Part shown: piece by piece, positions 14,252-27,146 of the stretch
How positions within the stretch are numbered: the stretch's first letter is position 1
Layout: each line of letters starts with the position of its first letter
NCBI GenBank assembly: GCA_951406725.2
Contig: OX597821.1
Span: 5,890,001-5,954,000, forward strand
Direction: 5' to 3'
Origin: Octopus vulgaris
Taxonomy: Eukaryota
Length of the DNA stretch: 64,000 nucleotides
Notes under the pieces: model-generated
The model's input: only the letters and a program-made list of their open reading frames with translations
What the model was told of the DNA's origin: nothing
Databases searched by the model: none
Translations under genes and position numbers: made by a program

Positions 14252-14423
14252 CATATATATGACAGGCTTATTTCAGTTTCCGTCTACCAAATCCACTCAC
14301 AAGGCATTGGTCGGCCCGGGGCTATAGCAGAAGACACTTGCCCAAGATGCCACGCAGTGGGACTGAACCCGGAATCATGTGGTTGGTTAGCAAGCTACTT
14401 ACCACACAGCCACTCCAGCATGT

Positions 14424-14460
<37 letters not shown>

Positions 14461-15129
14461 CATGATATGTAAAGGTGAGATACAAGGATCCAAGTGTAGG
14501 AAGTAAGGAAACTTCAAGCAGTTCATACATTGCTCGATCCAGGAATGGAAACCACAACCTTATAATCATGAGTTCAACACCCAAACCACTTAACCACAGG
14601 CCTACACAGTGCAATCACACGGTCATTCACCACCAAAGAGGGCCTTTACTCTTGACCCTTTTACACCTCTGCCTATAGTCAAAGATTGTTGTTGTTTAAC
14701 CAAAGGATAGTCCTAAATGAGTTTAGCCCTTGGTCAGTCCTAAAACAGCAGGCCTAAGGTCAAAGGGGTTTCTGAGCAAAATGAGGAAGTCTTTATGTGG
14801 TTCACACTGGATAATGCAGTCCTAGGTGCGTTGTCTCCAATAACTGACGGGATGGTCATAACTGGAACCAAGCTGGAGCAGCAATTAAACAACCATCAAC
14901 TGCAAATCCATCTCTTTACCAAACGCAGATAAGATAATACTCTATAATATTCCACTGAGATAAAAGATGATATACCTACAACTAGTGGTGGTGGTGGTGG
15001 GGGGGAGTAATGGTAGTAGTAGTAGTAGTAGTAGTAGGTATGATGTAAAAGTAAATTTAATAAGGCAATGGCAGTAATGCAATTTAGATACATCAGACCT
15101 GTAAGCAAATGGAATGAGAATGATAAAAC

Positions 15130-15141
15130 ACACATACATGC

Positions 15142-15182
<41 letters not shown>

Positions 15183-15431
15183 TGCACATACAAGACATAC
15201 ACGCACACAGTTAATAGTCTTGCAGTATTCAGTGCATGAAGTGTTCAGCAAACATTGCAATGTACATGTGCGCATGTAGGCATGCATGCATGCATGCATG
15301 TATGTACGTACATAAGTATTCATGTATGTGTATGCTTTCCTGCATGTATGTATTTTGTGTATGTACATACAGGTATATATGCAAGCATAATATATATACA
15401 CATACACGAACACACATGTACCTACATGTAC

Positions 15432-15470
<39 letters not shown>

Positions 15471-15512
15471 TACATATATATATATACATATATACATATT
15501 TATATATATGTG

Positions 15513-15552
<40 letters not shown>

Positions 15553-15759
15553 TACACACACACACGTATATGTACATATAGGTATATATGCAAGCATAAT
15601 ATATATAAACATACACAAATACATATGTACCTACATGTACCTATATATATATATATATATATATATACATACACACACATATACATGCAAAATATACATA
15701 CACACATTTACATATATGATTATACATGTGCATGTACGTACATATACACACACACACAC

Positions 15760-15794
<35 letters not shown>

Positions 15795-15856
15795 AACACA
15801 CATGCGTGAATGCGTGTATATATAGATATATAAACACATACATGTGAGTGAGTGTG

Positions 15857-15941
<85 letters not shown>

Positions 15942-16000
15942 ACACTGAGACATATTTATATAGACATATTCACATGCACACGCACACATACAACACGTAT
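15130..16000. repeat. Compound (CA)n/(TA)n/(CATA)n microsatellite field with an internal duplication of about 210 bp
   Basis: aggtatatatgcaagcataatatata...catgtacctatata occurs at 15371 and 15580. Similar fields lie at 1445-1760, 3070-3280, 27815-28075 and 43085-43940. Confidence 0.9.
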
Positions 16001-16019
16001 ATTCCCTCCTCCCCACTTC

Positions 16020-16440
16020 ACTCTCGCCCTCCAACCCCCTGACCGACCGACCGCCGTCCCCGCACTAATTATAAGATCCGGATCAATGTACGCAGAGAGA
16101 GTTTGTTTGAAGTGGAAGGCATTTCTTGTGCCTCGACGTCGTCGCAACTTGCCTGAGTGTGTGTCGTCGCAATTAGATTGCAACACGGTGTGCACACAGT
16201 AACCCGGCTCTAATTACTAACACAGGCAACGTGGAGCACAAGGGAGGGGGTGAGGAGAGGTGGCGGGGGGAAGGGAGGGAGGGAGGGCGAGAGTGTGGCA
16301 TGGGGTGGCGGCGGCGAGTGAAGAGGTGTCGATGTTACTGCATGTAGATGACAACTGCACAACGACGTCATACTGAGATGCATTTCAACTTCTTTCTTTA
16401 CTTGTTAACTCATTCGCAATCTCCCGCTCTACGTTTCTCT
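16020..16440. promoter_or_regulatory. CpG-rich unique island, candidate promoter or enhancer
   Basis: Unusually many CpGs outside any recognisable repeat, several TAATTA/AATTAG homeodomain-like sites, CRE-like GACGTC(A) at about 16135 and 16364, and a G-run cluster at 16265-16287. Confidence 0.45.
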
Positions 16441-16542
16441 TCCTCTTACACACACACACACACACAGATACACACAGATAATCATACATGGATATATTCA
16501 TATCTATATCTATCTATATGTGTGTGGACGTGTGTGTGTGTG

Positions 16543-16595
<53 letters not shown>

Positions 16596-16596
<1 letters not shown>

Positions 16597-16819
16597 TTTA
16601 TTTAAAGCAGCAGAAAATTCAACAAAACCTGTTACTCTGAGTTTCCCGTTGCCGTTCATCGGACAGTTCTAGGAAAAATTATCCGATGAACGGCAATGGG
16701 AAACTCAGAGTAACAGGTTTTGTTGAATTTTCTGCTGCTTTAAATAAAGCATATTACTCTACCACTGGTATTTGAGTACTCTTTTTCCACCTTGTTTCAC
16801 ATTGATGTGTTTACTCCAG

Positions 16820-16820
<1 letters not shown>
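16596..16820. mobile_element. Second fold-back Penelope-like pLTR fragment with two hammerhead-like motifs (U4C variant)
   Basis: Near-perfect inverted arms 16596-16663 and 16682-16749. Each reads CCGAUGA-ACG(GCAA)YGG-GAAA-CUCAGAG-UA-ACAG. AATAAA at 16743; (TA)n on both sides. Confidence 0.7.
16629..16666 (-). ncRNA. Minimal hammerhead-like motif, variant core CCGAUGA
   Basis: Stem I CUGU/ACAG, 2-bp stem II capped by a GCAA GNRA loop, GAAA, stem III ACU-CAG-AGU, GUA triplet. The plus-strand twin at 16679-16716 has a decayed stem I. Confidence 0.6.
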
Positions 16821-16851
<31 letters not shown>

Positions 16852-17491
16852 CATATATTTACATATATGTATACACACACACACACACACACACATGCAA
16901 ACTCATATACACACATATATACATATAAACAGACACAGAGTTCATCATCATTTAACATCCACTTTTCCATGATTGCATGGGTCAGATTGAATTTGCATAT
17001 GTGTGCATGAGTGAGTGTGTGTGTGTGTATACACACATATATCATCATCATCATCATCATCATCATCGTCATCCTCATCGTTTAATGTCCGCCTTCCATG
17101 CTGGCATGGGTTGGACAGTTTGACTGAGGAGTGGCAATCCAGAGACTGCACCAGGCTCCAATCTGATCTGGCAAGGTTTCTACAGCTGGATGCCCTTCCT
17201 AATGCCAACCACTTCGAGAGTGCGGTAGGTACTTTTTACATGCCCCCGACACTGGCATTGACCACGCTCAAATGGCGCTTTTTCCATGCCACTGGTATGG
17301 GAGCCAATCAGGCAGCACTGGCATCAACCACACTCGAATCATGCTTTTTCCATGCCACTGGTATGGGAGCCAATCAGGCAGCACTGGCATCAACCACACT
17401 CGAATCGTGCTTTTTACATGCCACTGGCACGGGTGCCAATCAGGCAACACTCACATCCAGCATGCTCGAATAATATATATATATATATATA

Positions 17492-18379
17492 CAGGGTGCG
17501 GTGAATATATTGTCGTCTAAATTACGCAAAAAGGAAAATAATACTGACATCTCATTCTAACAGATATATTTACCAAAATAACATAAAAATATCTTGAAAT
17601 ACTAAAGAGTAAATATATTCAATAAAATTGCCATTGGCTTGAACCACGGCCTCCAGATGACTTCAGAATCTCTTGCAACTCTTCTGGACATTCTTCTTGT
17701 CTAATTTGGTGAATGCTGCCATAATCCTTGCCTTCAGTTCATCTTTGGTGTTACAAGGAGTTTTGTTGGTCTCTTGCTCAACAGCACCCCACACTTAATA
17801 ATCAAGGGTGTTGCAGTCTGGGGAGTTAGGCAGCCAGATGTCAGAGGAGATGTGGTTGCAGAAATTGTCTGACAGCCATGACTGAGTTCTCCTACTTATG
17901 TGGCATGGTGCAGAGTCCTGTTACCAGACATAGGGTCTTCCAGCAGCCATCCTCTTGACCCAAGGAGCTCTACATCCGGCGGGCACTTGATGTAGGCCTC
18001 CATGTTGAGTCTGAGGCCACGTGGGAAGATGAATGGAGGTATAATGTCACCATCACTAGCGATCACTCCAAACACCATGATATTGAGTGGATGTTTGATT
18101 TTCATCACTCTCGGTACATGTTTTAGGGACATGACAAGCTAAGCGTTGTTTTATGTGTTTACCATCTATTCATCTAGGAGCTTCTAGTGCAAATGCCAAG
18201 CAGTACAGCATGTCATATCCAAATTTCTGGCAGAGTGAATTGTATCATGGTGCTGTTTTTCTCACAGACGGTGCCCAACTGACCCTACTACACTGTGTAG
18301 TTGACAAAATTTTAAAAAAACAATGTGCATGCGCAAAATTAAAAATATAAAATGGCACCAATTTACCCCTCGCACCCTG
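17492..18379 (-). mobile_element. Internally deleted, degenerate Tc1/mariner transposon of the DD37D (maT) family
   Basis: Ends are TA|CAGGGTGCG...CGCACCCTG|TA. The minus-strand transposase remnant reads KHPLNIMVFGVIASDGDIIPPFIF...QDSAPCH...WLPNSPDCNTLDY, with 37 residues between the second and third catalytic Asp, plus stops and a frameshift. Confidence 0.9.
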
Positions 18380-18998
18380 TATATATACATATATGCTTTT
18401 GTAGAAAATATTCTTTTCTACTGTAGACACAAGGCCTGACATTTGGTGGGGGTGCAGGCAGTCAATTAGATCAACCCCAGTACACAATTGATACTTAATT
18501 TACCAAACCTGAAAGGATAAAAGGCAAAGTCGACCTCAGCAGGATTTGAACTCAGAATGTAAAGACAGACAAAATACCGCTGAATGTTATATATTATAAA
18601 CAGCAGTGTGTTAATTAATATCGCTCAGGATATGCCACTATTTGATATGTAATAAAGTATGTTCAATCCATCTTATCGATATTTTTCTACTCTACAGATA
18701 TTTGCCACAAAGGTATTCAGTGACCGAGAAGCTTTGGTAGGCATACTATGATTTTTTTTTACCCAGATTATAGTAAAATATATACTTATTTTTTTTTTTT
18801 TTATTTTATCTAGTTTCAGCTCACGAGCTGTGGCCATGCTGGGGCACCGCCATATAAATGTAGATTTATACATGCACACATACATGTACACATAGATACA
18901 TGCATGCAAGCATGCATATATGCATGAATGAATGCATACATACATACATACATACATACATACATACATACATACATGCATGCATGAATGAATGCATG

Positions 18999-19044
<46 letters not shown>

Positions 19045-19669
19045 TACATACATACATATATACATACATAAATACATACATACATATATACATAGAATCT
19101 ACAAGCCAGACACAGTCTGCCAAACGGTTCAGAAAGGCAGTAACTCTGAATAATACCTCAAGCACGAAACTACATGTAGCAAAGTTTACTCTATGGAGTT
19201 TCTCACTATTTGCAACCATTTGGGCAACAAAAGGGTATTAAACATATTGAAGTGTTTAGTCAAGATGTTGTACTGCTCTGCAAGATACAGTCTACATTTC
19301 TTGAAGCCATTTGAAAATGAGTTTGTAGTTTTATTAGGAAATTGTATAATGGAATTGATAAGAGCTCCATAAATTAAAGAATCATTAAAAATGCTAACAC
19401 ATATTCAAATGGTTCAAAGAGAAACACTGTATGTTTCAGAAGTGTAACATTTTAGTGTTTTAATATGTTTAACAACATATCAGGATATCTCAGAGTGGGT
19501 GTGTGGTAAGTAGCTTGCTTACCAACCACATGGTTCCGGGTTCATTCCCACTGCATGGCACCTTGGGCAAGTGTCTTCTACTATAGCCTCAGGCCAACCA
19601 AAGCATTGTGTGTGGATTTGGTAGGTGGAAACTGAAAGAAGCCTATTGTATATATATATACAGTGAGTG

Positions 19670-22460
19670 ATTGTAGTGAATGATAACTGTGGTGATAGTG
19701 GTGTTAGTAAGCACAATAATGATTGCAGTGATGATGATGATGTTAAAAATCGCTGATAGTGGTGGTGGTTGTGGTCACGGTGATAGTGTAATGCTTGTGC
19801 TAATAATGTTGATGGTGACAATGGTCCTAGTGATAGTGGTGGTTGTGGCAATAGTGGTGGTGATGGTCGATGGCTGTAGTGATGGTGGTGATGTTTGCAG
19901 GTTGTGATGGTGGTGGTGACAGTGATGGTGGTGGTGGTGGTGGTGGTGGTGGTGGCAGTGATGGCGATAGTGATAATATTTGTAATGATAATGGTGGTGA
20001 TGGTGATGATGGTGGAGACGATGTTAAAAGTGGTGGCATTGATGGTGATGATGATGGCATTTGTGATGATGACAATGTTCACTGGCCGAGATGCTCATAG
20101 TGATCATAATCACGATGATGATGGTGATGATGGTGATGTTCACCGGCGAAGATGGTCATGATGGTGATGATGATGATGATCACTGGGTGTGATGGTTGTA
20201 ATGATGGCAATGATGATGATGATGATGACGATAATGACTTCGATAACAAGCTTGACTAGAAAACATTCTCCACATGGCCCCTACACTTCTCCAATTTCCC
20301 ACCCCCACCCCACACCTGTCCCCAGTCAAATATTTCCCTTCCTAATATTTTCTTTCTTTACCTCTAATTAACAGGTAAGTTTCATTTTGGTTCTTCCTTC
20401 AGTTCTTTTATTACTTTCAGTCAAAACACATCAGCCTGCCATGCTGGAGCACCATCTGCATTATATCTTTCCTTCACCCTTTATTTTTTGTTTGTTTAGT
20501 TAGTTGTGGTGGTGGTGGTGGTGGTGAGGTTGGTGGTGGTGCTAGCAATGACAATGGTGGTGGTGGTGGTGGTGATGGTTATGTTTGTGGTGCTAGTAGC
20601 AACAGCTATGGTGGTAGAAGTAGAAGTGATGAATATGGTGATGGTGGAGGTGGTGGTGAGGGTGGTGAGGATGATGGTGGCAATGATGGTGGTGCTAACA
20701 ATGTTGATGGTGGTGGTGATGGCTGTGGTTGTGGTGAAGATGCTGATGGTGGATGGAGGTGGTGATGGTTATGTGGTGGTGGCAATGATGGTGGTAGTGA
20801 TAGTAGTACTGACAATAGCAATGGTGGTGGTAATGGTGGTGGTGGTGGTGGTGGTGGTGGTGGTGGTAGTATTGGTTGTGGTGGCAATAGTGGTGACGAC
20901 AATGATGTGGTGAAGGTGATGGTTGCAGTGGGGAGGTTAACCAAACTGCATTGCAAGCTTAATTGTTTCTTGGAGTGCGGGAGGGGGGGAGGCATTTATT
21001 TTGTTGAGTTTTATGTTTTCATTATTTTTTTATCTTTAAAGTCTTATATTTCAAATGTCCACGTTCCAGGTGGAACATTTTAGTTTTTTACATACCAAAC
21101 TCAAATTTGAATTCAACAACCATTTACATTTTTTTTTAACTGGTAATAACTCATGATGATGATGATGATGACAATGATAGAAGGAGAAAGAGGAAGCTGA
21201 CAAAGAGGAGGAGGAGGATAACAATGATGATGAAGAGTAGGGGGAAAGATGATGATGATGATGGTGGCAATGACAATGATGATGATAATGTGGAGGATGA
21301 TGATGATGATGATGACTGCAGTAGTAATGATGAAGATGACGACGATAGAGGTGGTGGTCGTCGTGGTCATGGTCGTGATGATGACATGGTGACAATGATG
21401 ACGTTGGTGATGACAATGAGAAGGATGATGATGATTGCAGTGGTGATGACGATAATGATGATGATAGTGATGACGATGATGGTAGAGGTGGTGGTAACAA
21501 TGACGATGATGACAGTGGTGGTGACGACGACGATGATGATGACAATGATGATGATGATCAGCAAAAAGCAAAGGAAAACTTAAACACCAAAAACACAACA
21601 AAACAAAAAAATAAAATAACAAAACCAAAAACAACCGCCTTCCCCCCCACCCCCACCCACCCCCCTTAACTTCCACTACTTTAATCTTAATGTCAGATAA
21701 AAGATAAACTGTTTAACCTATGACAAACCACAACGCTTAAAACAGCAGAAGCAATAAAGAAATGAAAATAAATATAAAATATAACGAAATAAAATAAAAT
21801 AAAATAAAACAGAAATCTCAACTAGCAATGGTTTAATGAGGAAGCAGAGAAAGTAAAAATTACATCGTTCGTTTACAAAAGGTAACGAGAGAAAAAAAGA
21901 AAACAAAATAGTTTAAAAGAAAGAAGAAAAAAAAGTTGCTTTAGGTCTGTACAAGTTGTTCGGCTGCTGTTTCTCCAATAAAGGAAGTGATGCAAAAGTT
22001 AACAGAACAACTCAAATGGATAACAGCGTCATCATTGTTGTTGTTGTTGTTATCTACGTCATTGTCATCATCATCATTGTCCCCATCCATGTCCTCTTTG
22101 TCATCGTCATCATCGTTATCAACATTGTCCTTATCATCATCGTCATCATCAACATTGTCTTTATCATCATCTTCATCCTCATCGTCATCACCATCGTCAC
22201 CATCATTGTCATCATCAACATTGTCCTACTCATCATCATCATCGTCATCATCATCATTGTCCTAATCCAGATCCTCTTTGTCGTCATCATCATCGTCATC
22301 AACATTTTCCTTATCATCATCATCGTCGTCATCATCATCCTCATCATCCTCATCATCATCATCACCATCACCATCATCATCATTGTCGTTGTTGTCATCG
22401 TCATCACCATCACCATCACCATCATCATCATCATCATCATTGCCATCGTCATTGTCACCG
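19670..22460. repeat. Large degenerate trinucleotide fields (GGT/GAT, then CAT)
   Basis: Directly visible. Similar fields lie at 25716-26970, 46440-47210, 52090-52935 and 60240-61440. Confidence 0.9.
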
Positions 22461-22689
22461 GTTTGCTCTACTGTCCATTTTTTCCATGCCTGCATGGGGT
22501 CAGATGAAATTTGCTGAGGTAGATTTTCTATGATCAGATGCCACCAACACTCACTACTTTCCAAGCAAGGGAAATATTTTCTCCATAGCTTTTCCATGGA
22601 AGACTGGGAACAAACAACCTCTCTCTTATAACAAGAAGGATTGTTTACAATCATCACATGATATTGAAACACAGATGTGCACAAACATA

Positions 22690-22913
22690 CAAGGGGGAGC
22701 TGGAAAGTTCCTGGCTTTAAGGGTTTCATGAAAGGCCTGGTTGGTGGCCCAACCTTCTGAGTTTTTTTACAGGGCTTAGAAAAACTGTAGGGCTAAGGGC
22801 TGCTATAATAAACATGTGAATCTGAGAGGGGAATATGTTGAATAAAATCATAATCAACTGATCCTCCTGTATTTTCTTTTACCCAAAGCCAGGAACTTTT
22901 CAGCACCCCCTCG
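22690..22913 (+). mobile_element. mariner-derived MITE
   Basis: TA target duplication with TIRs of about 29 bp (caagggggagctggaaagttcctggcttt / aaagccaggaacttttcagcaccccctcg). It retains a mariner-type C-terminus ...NKHVNLRGEYVE*. Confidence 0.85.
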
Positions 22914-24057
22914 TATATACAATGGGCTTCATTCAGTTTCTGTTTACCAATTCCATCCACAATGCTTTGGCCAGCCTGAGGCCGTAGTAGAAGACGGTTG
23001 CTCAAGGTGCTACAGAGTAGGACTGAACCCTAGACCACATGGTTGGGAAAAACCTATATAAATATAATCCTTTCTACTCCAGGCACAAGGCCTGGAATTT
23101 GGGGGAGGGGGCAAGTCAAATACATCAACCCCAGTACTTGACCAGTACTTTGTTTTATCAAACACCAAAAGGACGAAATGCTAAGTCAACCTTGGTGGAA
23201 TTTGAACTCAGAATGCAAAGACAGATAAAATGTCACTAAGCATTTGTCCAGGAAGCTAATGATTCCACCAACTCACTGCCTTAATAATAAGTTTCAAATT
23301 TTGGCACAAGGCCAGCACTTTTGGTGGAGGTATGTAAGTCAATTATATTGACCCCAAAATTCGACTAACCCCAAATTTTTTTTTGGGGGGGGTGTCAGTC
23401 AATTAGATTGACCCCAGTATACAAATGGTACTTAATTTATCAATCCTAAAAGGATGAAAGGCAAAGTCAACCTTGGCAGGGTTTGAACTCAGAACATAAA
23501 GACAGACAAAACACTGCTAAGCATTTCGCCCAGCACGCTAACGTTTCTGCCAGCTCGCTACCTTCCTCACCCAATATATTCCTTTCTACTCTAGGCACAA
23601 GGCCCGAAATTTGAGGGGAGGGGACCAGTCAATCAGATCAACGCCAGTACGCAACTGGTACTTAATTTATCAACCCCGAAAGGATGAAAGGAAAAGTCGA
23701 CCCCAGCAGAATTTGAACTCAGAATGTAAAGACAGACAAAATAGTGCTAAGCATTTCGCCCAGCATGCTAACGTTTCTGCCAGCTCGCTACCTTCCTCAC
23801 CAATATACTGACACTAACAAGTCCCTACCCTTTACTGAAATACTGTATCAGTTGGTTTTAGCAAGCATGATTGGAGCCCACATCAAAGAACACAAGCAAC
23901 TTGTTCAAATTTTCCTCTTCCTCATTGGCAGCTTTCCATCTTCTCTTCTTGTCCACAAAGCTTTCCCTCTTCCAAGAACCATGGCAATAATTATTCAGTC
24001 ACACCTGTCTTTCCTGATAAACATAGGAGTTACTAGATATGCTATTGACGCAGGCAT

Positions 24058-24120
<63 letters not shown>

Positions 24121-24526
24121 CCTCCCACCTTGCCAAATACTATAGGACTCTCTTTTACTCTTTTCCTTGTTTCAGTCATTTGACTGCGGCCATGCTGGAG
24201 TACTGCCTTGAAAGGTTTTAGGCAAACAATCGACACCCCCACCCAGGACTTAATTTTGAAGTCTAGTACTTATTCCATCAGTGTCTTTTGTCAAACTGCT
24301 AAGTTGCAGGGACATAAACACACAAACACTGGTTATCAAGCAATGATGGTGGGGACAAACAGACGCAAAGATACAGACAGATATATTAGTGTGTGTGTGT
24401 ATAGGTCTGGTGCAAGCCTTCTGCCCGGCCGGCTCCTGTCAAACCATCCCACCCATGCCAGCATGGAAGGAGGGCGTTAAACAATAATGATGATGATGAT
24501 GATATATATATATATTCATATTATAT

Positions 24527-24561
<35 letters not shown>

Positions 24562-26185
24562 TCATATATATATATATTCCTTTATTTCTTTTTTTCCTTT
24601 ATTTGTTTCAGTCATCTGAGAGCGGGCATGCTGGAGCACTGCCTTTAGTCGAACAAATCGACTCCAGAGCTTATTCTTTGTAAGCCTAGTACTTATTCTA
24701 TCAGTCTCTTAATTACGGGGATGTAAACACACCAGCATCGGTTGTCAAGCGATGTTGGGGGTACAAACACAGACACACAAACATACATATATATATGATA
24801 GCTTCTTTCAGTTTCCGTCTACCAAATCCACTCACAAGGATTTGGTCGGCCCGAGGCTATAGTAGAAGACACTTGCCCAAGGTGCTACACAGTGGGACTG
24901 AACCCGGAACCATGTGGTTGGTAAGCAAGCTACTTACTACACAGCCACTCCTAATAGGCACAGGACTGGCTGTGTGGTAAGTTCCTTGCTTCCCAACAAC
25001 ATGGTTCCAGGTTCAGTCCCACAACATGACACCTAGGGCAGGTGTTCACTACTATAGCCTCAGGCTGACCAAAGCCTTGTGCGAGGATTTGGTAGAGGAA
25101 AACTGAAAGAAGCCTATCATATATATATGTGTATATATATAAATGTATGTATGTATTTGTGTGTGTTTGTCCCCCACCATCACTTGACAACCAATGTTGG
25201 TGTGTTTACATCCCCGTAATTTAGTGGTATGTTAAAAGAGACCAATAGAATACGAACTAGGCTTACATAAGAGTAAGTCTTGAGGTCAATTTGTTTGACT
25301 AAAGGCAGTGCTCCAGCATGGCCGCAGTCAAATGACTGAAATAAGTAAAAGAATAACAGAATGCATATATATCTATATATATTTGACAGGCTTCTTTCAG
25401 TTTCCGTCAATCAAATCCACTCACAAGGCTTTGGTCGGCCCGAAGCTATAGTAGAAGACACCTACCCAAGGTGTCACACAGTGGGACTGAACCCAGAACG
25501 ATGTGGTTGGGAAGCAAGCTTCTTACCACACAACCATGCCTGTGCCTGATCATCTTTCCCTTCAGCTAATCCCAAACATCAACTCTTGGAGGGAATGGAA
25601 CCATTCCTTAGCAGGATGAAATTCAAAACATGAACCGAAGATCAGAACATGAACTCCATATGCAAAGAAACTACTAGCAACTATTTTTAGTACTTCAACA
25701 ATAACAACAAAAACCTACTACTACTACTACCCCAACCACCACAACTAGTACTAATAATTCTATAAAAATAAGACACTACCACTACTACTGCTACTACAGT
25801 CACCATCACTTATAGCCACTACTACTACAACCACAACCACTACTACAGCAATCATTATTATTACTACTACTACTACTACTATTACTACTACCACCACTAC
25901 TTATAGTCACCATCACTTATAGCCACTGCCACTACTACTACTACCACCACCACCACCACTACTACTACTACAGCTTCCATTATAGCCACTGCCACTACTA
26001 CCACTACTACAACCACCATCACTACTACTACCACAACTACTACCATTACAACCACCAACATCACTACTACTATTACTACTACTACAACCATTACTATTAC
26101 TGCAACTATTATCACTACTACTACAAACACCACCATCATTACAACTACTACCACTACTACATACACCACTGCCACTGCTACTACA

Positions 26186-26218
<33 letters not shown>

Positions 26219-27088
26219 GTTACTACCTCTACCATTACTACTACTCTAACCATCACCACAGCATCATTGATTTCTTATACTCAGCCAAAACCTCAATCAA
26301 GCACCAATCTATCCCCCCCCCCCCGCGCCTCCTCGTCCCCACCAACCCCCCAGTGCCTACAGCAACCATTTACCATTATTCCTCTCCCTTTCCCTCTCCA
26401 CCTCTTCCCCCCCACCACCACCACCACTATCATCGCACCTCATACGCCACACAGCCATCTCCCTTGATGTAAAGGAGCTTGCTAGATCCCTCTTAGTTTA
26501 AAACCTGTCAATGAGGGATTCAGGGGTTTAGTGTAGGGGACAGGGAGGATGGTGGAAGGAGCAGGTACTCTCTTACCAATCAATAACTGGAAATGGGGTG
26601 GAGACAAAGGGACAGTAACAGTAGAATGGTGGTGGTGGTGGTGGTGGTGGTGGTGGTGGTGGTGGTGGTGGTGGTGGTGGTGGTGGTGATCGTGGTGGTG
26701 GTGGTAGTGGTGGTAGTAGTGATTGCAGTGGTGGTGGTGGTGGTGGTGGTGGTGGTGGTGATTGTGGTGGTGGTGGTAGTGGTGGTGATTGTGATGGTGT
26801 TGGTAGTGGTGGTGATTGTGGTGGTGGTGGTAGTGGTGGTGATTGTGATGGTAGTAGTGATTGCAGTGGTGGTGGTAGTGGTGGTGATTGTGGTGGTAGT
26901 GGTGGTGATTGTGGTGATTGTAGTGGTGGTGGTGGTGTTGATGGTAGTGACTGTATTGGTGTGGTGGTGGCAGATAGCAACAGGAAAACACAGAGCAGGG
27001 AGCAAGGTTCAAAGTGGAAAGAAGAATTTGGTGAAGGATTACGAGAAAGGCCAAAAGTCAAAGCATACAGAACGGAGAACATACGCTT

Positions 27089-27146
<58 letters not shown>

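Noticed and set aside
14917-14975. Minus-strand NIIEYY resembling CARNMT1 HNVIDY
   Set aside because: FFIDTA and LKPGG are absent and an in-frame stop follows.
21951-22030. Minus-strand frame ending ...FIGETAAEQLVQT* before a U-rich stretch
   Set aside because: No acceptor or homology is recognisable, and the upstream sequence is (GAT)n repeat.
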